From a virus (taxonomy: Duplodnaviria > Caudoviricetes): a DNA stretch of 32,894 nucleotides. Each line of letters opens with the position of its first letter. Within the stretch, counting starts at the first letter, position 1. The notes beneath the pieces were generated by a model, which was given only the letters and a program-made list of their open reading frames with translations, made no database searches and had not been told where the DNA came from. Both the position numbers and the translations under genes were made by a program. Positions 25,428 through 31,884 of the stretch are shown here, one piece after another. Where the stretch lies: positions 1 to 32,894 of the IMG/VR virus record IMGVR_UViG_3300014655_000241, one strand, 5' to 3'.

Positions 25428-26137
25428 TACGAGGCCTCGGTCAGCTTCGCGGCCAGCCAGACTTCGCCCTTGCCGGTCACCAGCGCCGTGGTGTGGTTGA
25501 CGATCTTCTCGCCGTGCGGAATGGCGGTGACGTGGGTGCGGAAGTAGCCGCTGTCCAGGAACTGCTGATAGGGAACCCAGTCCATGTTCGAGTTGCGGAA
25601 GATGATCCCGAGGCGGTGGAGCTTCCCGAAGATCCGCACCGGGCCCTCGCCCAGGCTCTTGGCAAAGTCCTTGATGGTCATGGCGTTGTCCGCGCTGGCG
25701 ATCTTGTCGGCGGCCGCCACCTTGGGCGCCTGCTCTTCGATCATGCGGGCCTGGGCCTCGATCTGCTCGGTGGCCGTCAACAGCGCGCGCAGGCTCTCGG
25801 TGTAGGTCTTCGGGATGCGGGCCGCGTAGACGCCGTAGCGCCGGATCGACGGAATGACTTCGTGAGTGACCCAGCGTTTGAACGCCTTGGCTTCCTTCTT
25901 GCGGGAGCCCAGCACCAGCGCATACAGGCCGGGCTCCGAGACGATGGTCACGCTCTGCCGACCGCCAGGGGTGTGGATTGAATCCACACCCTTTTCATCG
26001 TCGTCCAGACGCTCAAGCGACGTCCGATCGACGTCGAGAACGCGCAGTACATCTGCAGCGACAAACCAAGGCTCATTGTCCTTGACCGTCGTTCGCACCT
26101 TGAAAGCCTCGTTCTGGAAAATCTGAAGTCCGTTCAT
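25427..26137 (-). CDS. ant: Phage antirepressor, BRO-N plus ANT/KilA-C domains
   Basis: EPWFVAADV, IVSEPGLYALVLGSRKKEAKAFKRWVTHEVIPSIRRYG; IPKTYTESLR; PKVAAADKI...PYQQFLDSGYF...VTGKGEVWL. Confidence 0.93.
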   Translation of the reverse strand: MNGLQIFQNEAFKVRTTVKDNEPWFVAADVLRVLDVDRTSLERLDDDEKGVDSIHTPGGRQSVTIVSEPGLYALVLGSRKKEAKAFKRWVTHEVIPSIRRYGVYAARIPKTYTESLRALLTATEQIEAQARMIEEQAPKVAAADKIASADNAMTIKDFAKSLGEGPVRIFGKLHRLGIIFRNSNMDWVPYQQFLDSGYFRTHVTAIPHGEKIVNHTTALVTGKGEVWLAAKLTEAS

Positions 26138-26319
26138 ACCGTCACACCCTCCCCTTTCTCCACCTCAGCAATCGCCTTCTCCAGGAGAAGGCACGCCATG
26201 TCGGACCGGCTCCGGCGCTTCCTTTCAGCCAGAGCATCCAGCTGGCCAAGAAGACCGGGGGTGATCTTGGTCCCCAGGAAGGCGGTCTTCTTTTCGGGCT
26301 TCTTCGTGTTCTCGTCCAT
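26134..26319 (-). CDS. Ribbon-helix-helix (Arc/CopG-like) regulator
   Basis: FLGTKI strand plus LLGQLDALAERKRRSRSDMACLLLEKAI; SD AAGGAGG. Confidence 0.85.
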   Translation of the reverse strand: MDENTKKPEKKTAFLGTKITPGLLGQLDALAERKRRSRSDMACLLLEKAIAEVEKGEGVTV

Positions 26320-26410
26320 CCCGACCTCCTTTTAGTAGGTTAAACCTACCACAACCTATTCGTCAAGTCTTCGGTTCAACTTAAGTAAACTTTTCGACGA
26401 TAATTGAGGC
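26320..26410. promoter_or_regulatory. Divergent promoter/operator region between two RHH genes
   Basis: Palindrome GTAGGTT-A-AACCTAC (26335-26349) plus extra half-site AACCTAT (26353-26359); leftward TTGACG-N18-TAACCT; rightward GATAAT (26399-26404) 6 nt before the ATG. Confidence 0.7.
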
Positions 26411-26647
26411 ATGCCACCCCGAGCGCCCAGGCAGGAAAAGCGCGAGTACTTCGGAGCTAAGTTCCTCCCGACCACCATTGAGGCCTTGAACATCATGGCC
26501 GTCGGTGAGAACCGGTCCCTGTCGAACATGGCGGAAACGATCATCCTGGAGTGGTTCCGGGACCATCGTCCCGATATCCTGGCGAGCGCCGTGAAGGGTT
26601 TGGGTGCAACCGACCGCCCCGACCTGCTGCCCGAGCCGAAGGGGTGA
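26411..26647 (+). CDS. Ribbon-helix-helix regulator, divergent (Mnt-like position)
   Basis: YFGAKF strand plus TIEALNIMAVGENRSLSNMAETIILEWF. Confidence 0.8.
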   Translation: MPPRAPRQEKREYFGAKFLPTTIEALNIMAVGENRSLSNMAETIILEWFRDHRPDILASAVKGLGATDRPDLLPEPKG

Positions 26648-26648
26648 G

Positions 26649-26828
26649 TCACGGCTTGACCACCGGCCTGGTGAACTGCTCGCACCCGCCATGCTCCATT
26701 TCGTAGCTCTTCCGGGTCGAGCACTCGCCCCAATGGTTCGTGAGGCTCCTCGTCCAACTGGCGCATTCGTCGCAACGATTGGCCGCGGGCCTCGGGTCTT
26801 CGGTGATCAGCTCGAGTTGAGCGCTCAC
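26649..26828 (-). CDS. Small Cys-rich (zinc-binding) protein, 59 aa
   Basis: GTGA overlap; CDECASW...GEC...CEQF. Confidence 0.65.
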   Translation of the reverse strand: MSAQLELITEDPRPAANRCDECASWTRSLTNHWGECSTRKSYEMEHGGCEQFTRPVVKP

Positions 26829-27052
26829 GGTGCCCCGTCTCCCTTCGTCACTGCCCCGCCCAGCTCCCGGATCTTCGCCGCCTGCAGCTCGCGCACGGCC
26901 TCCAGGATCTGCACCTTGGTCTCCAGGTCCCGCAGGTAGGTCGAGAGCTTGAGCACGCATCCGGGGGCCAGCAGGCGCGTCGGGATGCCCTCACAGGCGG
27001 CAAGCGCGGCAGAGCGCCGGGCGAGCGCGGCAGAGAGGGGGCCCTTGCTCAC
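26825..27052 (-). CDS. Hypothetical protein (75 aa)
   Basis: GTGA overlaps at both ends. Confidence 0.6.
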   Translation of the reverse strand: MSKGPLSAALARRSAALAACEGIPTRLLAPGCVLKLSTYLRDLETKVQILEAVRELQAAKIRELGGAVTKGDGAP

Positions 27053-27201
27053 TTGCGGCCCCGGTTCTTGGCCTTCTGATAGCCCTTCAGCTTCGTGCGC
27101 TTCGGCTTGTAGGCGGGAAAGCCTTCGCCGCGGTCAAGACGAACGCCATGGTCTATGGAGCCTAGCCAAGCAAGCATGGCGGCCAACGTGCCCTTGCTCA
27201 C
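27049..27201 (-). CDS. Hypothetical 50-aa basic protein (MSKGTLAAMLAW...KLKGYQKAKNRGRK), not in the ORF track
   Basis: GTGA overlaps at both ends; SD GGAGG. Confidence 0.6.
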   Translation of the reverse strand: MSKGTLAAMLAWLGSIDHGVRLDRGEGFPAYKPKRTKLKGYQKAKNRGRK

Positions 27202-27362
27202 TTCGTCCACCCTCCGAGGTGCGCGAGCTCGCGGGCTTCGGCCAGCTGCTTCTCGCGGTCGCTCACCATGTCGGCAAGCGCGTTGATCGCTTCCATGTCG
27301 TGCGGGAGTTCGCGGTCAATGAAAATCTGCTCGACCTGGTCGAGGGCTTGGGCGCGGGTCAC
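27198..27362 (-). CDS. Hypothetical protein (54 aa, MTRAQALDQV...)
   Basis: GTGA overlaps at both ends. Confidence 0.6.
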   Translation of the reverse strand: MTRAQALDQVEQIFIDRELPHDMEAINALADMVSDREKQLAEARELAHLGGWTK

Positions 27363-27727
27363 TTGGCGTACCCCGACAGCCGAAGCCCGGTCACCATGTC
27401 CTCGACTGAGCGTGCGACCAGGGCGACCCCGCCGCGGTTGGCAATGTTGGCCAGAAACTCGCTCTGCTCCACCGTGACGTTGCCGTCTGCGCGCTTGGTT
27501 TCGATGGCCAGGAATCGTCCGCCCGGCAGGATGCCGAGAATGTCCGAAATCCCCGCCTTGCCGAACTTCACGAAGCGGTCCTTGCCGCTGTCGCCCTTGA
27601 ACTTCACGGCACCCGTGTTCTGGCGCCATGCGTAGATCCCATGAAGCTGAAGCCACTCCAGACACGGTTTCGTCACGTCGGTCGTCTCGGAGCCCCGAGG
27701 GAACTTGAAGGCCGGTGCGGTGCTCAT
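27359..27727 (-). CDS. VRR-NUC domain nuclease (Holliday junction resolvase-like), 122 aa
   Basis: WRQNTGA...GISDILG...GRFLAIETKR...EQSEFL...GGVALVARS, a PD-(D/E)xK pattern; ATGA overlap. Confidence 0.9.
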   Translation of the reverse strand: MSTAPAFKFPRGSETTDVTKPCLEWLQLHGIYAWRQNTGAVKFKGDSGKDRFVKFGKAGISDILGILPGGRFLAIETKRADGNVTVEQSEFLANIANRGGVALVARSVEDMVTGLRLSGYAK

Positions 27728-28275
27728 TCGCTGGCGGCCTTGTTGAACAGTTCGCCCTGCTCCGATTCGCCCTCGGCGTAGGCTTCGACCATCATCCGCA
27801 GCTGGGCGACGGCGGCGTTGTATTCGTTCTTCAGCGAGCCGTCGACGGGGACCGAAACCTTGTCGCTCCCAGTGCCACGCAATTCGTTCTCGCCGCTGGT
27901 ATCGACCTTCGGAAGCAACAGCTTCGTGTGAGCGCTCGACAGCGTCTTCTTGCTGGCGATCTGGCTCGTCAAAGCGATCTCGACGCGGCTCCCGGGGTTG
28001 TCGCCGTAGGTCCATGTGACCGCGGTGAACGCATAGCCGATCTTGCTCGGAGCCATGATCGAACCGGCTTGGTCAGTGATGAGCCGCAAGCCGTGAAGCT
28101 CGAGCGACAGCCGCGCGACCTGGACGGCCTTGAGGATGAGCGCGCGCTTCGGGTTGACACTGGTGCGGAGGGTCAGGCCCTCGCGGCTGTGCGTCTCGGG
28201 ATTCTCACGTTCGAACTCGACGATGTACGGGAAGTCGCGCCCCCCGACCTTGAACTTGCTGACGGCGTAGATCAT
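27724..28275 (-). CDS. Hypothetical protein (183 aa, start MIYAV at 28275)
   Basis: SD AAGGAG; ATGA overlap; C-terminal YAEGESEQGELF. Confidence 0.7.
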   Translation of the reverse strand: MIYAVSKFKVGGRDFPYIVEFERENPETHSREGLTLRTSVNPKRALILKAVQVARLSLELHGLRLITDQAGSIMAPSKIGYAFTAVTWTYGDNPGSRVEIALTSQIASKKTLSSAHTKLLLPKVDTSGENELRGTGSDKVSVPVDGSLKNEYNAAVAQLRMMVEAYAEGESEQGELFNKAASE

Positions 28276-28985
28276 GAGGGAACTCCTTGTACAGACTCCA
28301 GCGGCACCACGTGTGCCTGGTGCTTCTCGGCGATGTCCAGCGCGTCCGAGTACGAGAAGAACAGCGCCGCCTTCTCTACGCGGCCGACCCAGCGGTGAAC
28401 GGGGCACCAATAGAGCAGGGGCGCGGGGAAGGTGTCTACGACGATCCAGGGGGCGTGTGATTCGTGGGAGAGGTCGGGGGTGGATTCACTCTTGGGCGGC
28501 TCAGGGAGGGGTTGCCAGTGGGTGACCCATTCTAGGTAATGAGTTCCCTCATGCCAGCTCTGGTCCCACGACGAACAGAAACCGACCACGATCCGCTTGT
28601 CCCTATCGAAAACCAGAACATCTCGTTGGTTTTCCGGCAGTCTCTCGCTTACCGGAATCCAGTCCGCACGCCAGCCGTGGGTGAGGTCGGAATACTTGAC
28701 CCACATACCCTTGTCATCTGGGACAGGCTTGACCTGCTCTTCCTGCGCGAACCTGTTGTAACTCGTGACCATCTCGTACCGCTGGACACTCGGCACCACG
28801 GGCGCTTGGGCGGGGGAAGCGGCGCGGAGGGCGTCAACCATTTCCCCGGTCGCCTTCACGAAGTCGGCCACGGATTGGTGATGTTCCAAGCCTTCTTCCC
28901 TAGCAGCCTGGACGAGATTTTCCGCTTGGAGTTGAACGTTGACAATCAAGGCGTCCCGCAGTTCTTCGCTGATGACGACGCTCAT
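28272..28985 (-). CDS. Mosaic phage early protein with DUF551-like domain
   Basis: WIPVSERLPE...VLV...VTHWQPLPEPPK. Confidence 0.8.
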   Translation of the reverse strand: MSVVISEELRDALIVNVQLQAENLVQAAREEGLEHHQSVADFVKATGEMVDALRAASPAQAPVVPSVQRYEMVTSYNRFAQEEQVKPVPDDKGMWVKYSDLTHGWRADWIPVSERLPENQRDVLVFDRDKRIVVGFCSSWDQSWHEGTHYLEWVTHWQPLPEPPKSESTPDLSHESHAPWIVVDTFPAPLLYWCPVHRWVGRVEKAALFFSYSDALDIAEKHQAHVVPLESVQGVPS

Positions 28986-29326
28986 CCCCGAATCTCCCGA
29001 AGGCTCACCACTTTCCCGCCAACCCGCTGCGCCTCATCCCGCGCGCTGTCCCACGCTCCGAAGCGGTATGCCTCGCCGAGGTCGCCAGTCCATCCCTGCT
29101 CGAAATGCGGCGCCAGTTTCCAGGGCCGCGCGGTGTTGTAGTACGCGAGGTACGCGGGCGCCGAGTTGACGACTTTCTGCACGAAGTACGGCCCGCTCGC
29201 CAGGGTGTCGACGCGCTCGATACGCTGGGCCGCGTTCGGGTCGAAGATGACGACGGCGCCGAGAGTGACGGCGACCAGGCAGAGCGCAAGCGCGGTGATC
29301 ACGTAGCTCTTGAGGATGGTTTTCAC
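28982..29326 (-). CDS. Hypothetical membrane-anchored protein (114 aa, GTG start at 29326)
   Basis: SD GGAGG; GTGA overlap; N-terminal hydrophobic helix VITALALCLVAVTLGAVVIF. Confidence 0.65.
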   Translation of the reverse strand: MKTILKSYVITALALCLVAVTLGAVVIFDPNAAQRIERVDTLASGPYFVQKVVNSAPAYLAYYNTARPWKLAPHFEQGWTGDLGEAYRFGAWDSARDEAQRVGGKVVSLREIRG

Positions 29327-29553
29327 GGGCAAACCTCCGGGGAGTTGACGACGGTGACCCACTCCAGGAGCGGGCGAGAGGGCGGAGTGATACGGGTTGA
29401 TACGGGTTTGGAGCGGTCGACGGGCCGCTGGTTCGGGTCGAATGCGATGTGCAATGCCCGGGCGATCACCGAGGGAACCGACTCGTCAGGCTTGCGGTTG
29501 CGCCAGGCGAGGCCGTAAGCGTCGTCCGGGAGGGTGAGACGAGGGAGGATCAC
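29323..29553 (-). CDS. Hypothetical protein (76 aa)
   Basis: GTGA overlaps at both ends. Confidence 0.55.
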   Translation of the reverse strand: MILPRLTLPDDAYGLAWRNRKPDESVPSVIARALHIAFDPNQRPVDRSKPVSTRITPPSRPLLEWVTVVNSPEVCP

Positions 29554-29786
29554 CTCACACCCCGCCTATCCGCGACCGCCTCAAGCTCAGCCTGCGCGGC
29601 CTTGCGGTTACGGTCGAGGTACGCTTCGATGTCACGGAGCTTGACGACCGTGCGCCGCCTGACCTTGCACGAAGCCAGCTCGCCCGAAGCGATCAGCTCG
29701 CGGACGGTGCTTTCGCCGATGCCGCCGAGTTCGTGAGCGGCGCCAGCCAGATCGACCGCAAGGGGGCGGGAAGCTGTCTCAGGCAT
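29550..29786 (-). CDS. xis: Excisionase-like HTH_17 DNA-binding protein
   Basis: AAHELGGIGESTVRELIASGELASCKVRRRTVVKLRDIEAYL. Confidence 0.85.
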   Translation of the reverse strand: MPETASRPLAVDLAGAAHELGGIGESTVRELIASGELASCKVRRRTVVKLRDIEAYLDRNRKAAQAELEAVADRRGVR

Positions 29787-29958
29787 GGGGAGCCTCCCGC
29801 TTCGCCTCGTCGTCCATGGCCTTGAGGATCAGCGTCCGCACGAAGGGGCCAGCCTTGCGGCCCGTGGCCTTGAGGAAGGTCTTGAATTTCAGCTCCTCGG
29901 CCTCGCCCATGCCGGTGTCAATCTTCATCCGGCGCGGCTTCTCGGCGGTTTCAGGCAT
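29779..29958 (-). CDS. 59-aa ribbon-helix-helix-like protein (MPETAEKPRRMKIDTGMGEAEELKFKTFLKATGRKAGPFVRTLILKAMDDEAKREAPHA), not in the ORF track
   Basis: SD AAGGAG; strand-helix-G-helix pattern; 3' end overlaps the xis start. Confidence 0.7.
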   Translation of the reverse strand: MPETAEKPRRMKIDTGMGEAEELKFKTFLKATGRKAGPFVRTLILKAMDDEAKREAPHA

Positions 29959-30038
29959 GGGAAATCTCCTTGAGAAAAGCTCCTCCCCGACCTACTCTGG
30001 AAGTTGTCAGACGGCCGTTTCGGCCAGGGAGGATTTGA

Positions 30039-30227
30039 ATGGACAGAGATTGGCAAGTCAGGGCAGCGGCCCTGCAAGCGGCATGCGCTTTGCTCGGCGG
30101 AAAGAGCGAGAAGGTGACCGGCAAAGAAATGACCATACTTCTAGCGGAGGTCCACCGGCTGGCCGATGGGTTCGTTGAGTACGTGAACTTCAACCCAAGG
30201 ACCGGGCAAAGCTTCGACATCTTCTGA
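30039..30227 (+). CDS. Small hypothetical protein on the opposite strand within the early operon (62 aa)
   Basis: Strong SD GGAGGA before the ATG; fits between two minus-strand genes without overlap. Confidence 0.7.
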   Translation: MDRDWQVRAAALQAACALLGGKSEKVTGKEMTILLAEVHRLADGFVEYVNFNPRTGQSFDIF

Positions 30228-30252
30228 CCCGCCGCGAGATTCCTCCGAAGGT

Positions 30253-30417
30253 TCAAAGCGTTGTGCCTTCGAAGGGGTCTCCCGACTCGTCGGGGATTTC
30301 GACAAGGTCAAAGCGGACTTTGCCGTCCTTGATGGAGAAGCGGACAATCTGAAACCCCTTCTCCCGAAAGAAGTCAATGAACTCCTGGACCTTGATCGGC
30401 GTCGGTCTCTTCTTCAT
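30253..30417 (-). CDS. First early gene (cro position), 54-aa hypothetical protein
   Basis: SD GGAGGG before ATG 30417; downstream of the TTGACA promoter. Confidence 0.65.
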   Translation of the reverse strand: MKKRPTPIKVQEFIDFFREKGFQIVRFSIKDGKVRFDLVEIPDESGDPFEGTTL

Positions 30418-30439
30418 CCCACCCTCCGTTTCGTCGCAC

Positions 30440-30525
30440 AATGACGCATAACTGCGCTATTCATCTGCAATGATCGGCCATAGTTGCGTACTTGTCAAGT
30501 GAAAAGAGCGCATTTCTGCGTCATT
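30440..30525. promoter_or_regulatory. Immunity switch: three CGCA-N4-TGCG operators and the leftward early promoter
   Basis: Cores at 30445-30456, 30477-30488 (GCCA variant) and 30509-30520; minus-strand TTGACA (30498-30493)-N17-GATCAT. Confidence 0.8.
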
Positions 30526-30544
30526 TCTCTCCGATGATGAGGGT

Positions 30545-30895
30545 ATGGACTTTTGGGATCGGCTAAAGGTCGAGGTGAAAAGGAATAACACCACTCAGGA
30601 CTGGATAGCCGGAAAGATCGGAGTAAGTGGCCGCACCTTCCGCGGCTGGGTTTCCAGGAAGATCATGCCCAACGCCGATCAAGCCCATGCTCTTGCTCAG
30701 GCCTTGGGCGTCACCGTGGAATACCTGGTGACTGGCTCGGACTCAACAGACCCGTGGGTCAGGGAGCACAGAGACCTTGTCGAGAAGCTGAAGCGGATCG
30801 AAGCCGAGCCGACGGCCTTCGGAATGGTTGCGGACGTGATCGACTCTGCCGACCGGCGCCTGACTGGCTTGGGAAAAGCCTCCAGTGCTGGGTGA
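30545..30895 (+). CDS. Prophage repressor, XRE/HTH_3 family, lacking an S24 autocleavage domain
   Basis: TQDWIAGKIGVSGRTFRGWVSRKIMPNADQAHALAQALGVTVEYLVTG; divergent from the early operon; only 116 aa. Confidence 0.9.
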   Translation: MDFWDRLKVEVKRNNTTQDWIAGKIGVSGRTFRGWVSRKIMPNADQAHALAQALGVTVEYLVTGSDSTDPWVREHRDLVEKLKRIEAEPTAFGMVADVIDSADRRLTGLGKASSAG

Positions 30896-30985
30896 ACCGG
30901 ACCCCGTGGCTCATAGCACCCCATGAAACCCCGCATTTACAGCTATACACTCGTTCAAAATAGAGTCAATACGGTTGAGGCGGGA

Positions 30986-31014
30986 TTGACCGACCGTCTC
31001 GGCGGGCGTAGGGT
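30986..31014 (+). promoter_or_regulatory. Sigma70-like promoter for the exported protein gene
   Basis: TTGACC-N17-TAGGGT followed by SD AAGGAG. Confidence 0.55.
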
Positions 31015-31032
31015 TTCGGGAAGGAGTTCCTT

Positions 31033-31884
31033 ATGAAAAGACCGCTCATGCTCTTTGCTGGCGCGCTGCTCTTGGTTGGTACAGTGGTTTCCGAGGATGT
31101 TACTACCCATACCGGAAAGTGGACGGCGAACGTTTCCAGTGATCCCATCGACGACAGCAAGACGGTTGTCCTGATGATTACAGCGGATTCAGGGCGCAAT
31201 ATGATGGGGGTAAAACCCATTCTCTACATTCGCAATTCTAAGGACGGTGACGAGGTCTTTATTGCGTGGAGCGCATTTCTCGGACAGGAAGCAAGCGTCA
31301 CCTGGCGGGTTGATTCGGAAGATCCTCATACCGGAAGATGGCCACTTTCAAACACAGGCGCCGAGTCGTTCTATGAAACAGACCAAAGCGTCTCATCGCC
31401 GTCCGACGTGACTGACTTCATTCGATCCTTGATCGACGCCAAGAAGCTGGCGGTCAAGGTTACGCCCTACAACGGCAATCCGATTACCGCAGTTTTTGAC
31501 CTGAGTGGCCTCAGAAAAGCCGTCGCTCCGTTCAAGGCCTCTGTTCCATGGCTCCCACTTACACAGGCCCAGATCGTTGCCGAAGGAACCGAGGCTGCCG
31601 CTCAGATTAGCCCGACAGGCGACACTTTCGACTCTAGCTTCTTTGACGCCTTGTTCTCGCGGTCGCAGTTCAAGATTGCGTCAGAGAATGGGGACGACCC
31701 GGCGACAGTTAACCTGTTTATCCAAGCCGCCGGGGCGGTCGACCTGAAGGCGAAGAAAACGCTCATACTCGCCTGCCTGAAATCTGCAAAATCCCTCACG
31801 AGTGATTCGGCAAAACTCCCCGCAGTAGTGCTCAATGTCAATCAGGAAGACGGGACTCAAACGAAGGAAGTTCTCGCCCCCTAG
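31033..31884 (+). CDS. Exported protein with TagO/VasI-like domain; lysogenic conversion or superinfection exclusion candidate
   Basis: Signal peptide MKRPLMLFAGALLLVGTVVS; W...DPIDDSK...LYIR...TPYNGNPITAVFDLSGL pattern; lower GC; lies between repressor and integrase. Confidence 0.6.
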   Translation: MKRPLMLFAGALLLVGTVVSEDVTTHTGKWTANVSSDPIDDSKTVVLMITADSGRNMMGVKPILYIRNSKDGDEVFIAWSAFLGQEASVTWRVDSEDPHTGRWPLSNTGAESFYETDQSVSSPSDVTDFIRSLIDAKKLAVKVTPYNGNPITAVFDLSGLRKAVAPFKASVPWLPLTQAQIVAEGTEAAAQISPTGDTFDSSFFDALFSRSQFKIASENGDDPATVNLFIQAAGAVDLKAKKTLILACLKSAKSLTSDSAKLPAVVLNVNQEDGTQTKEVLAP

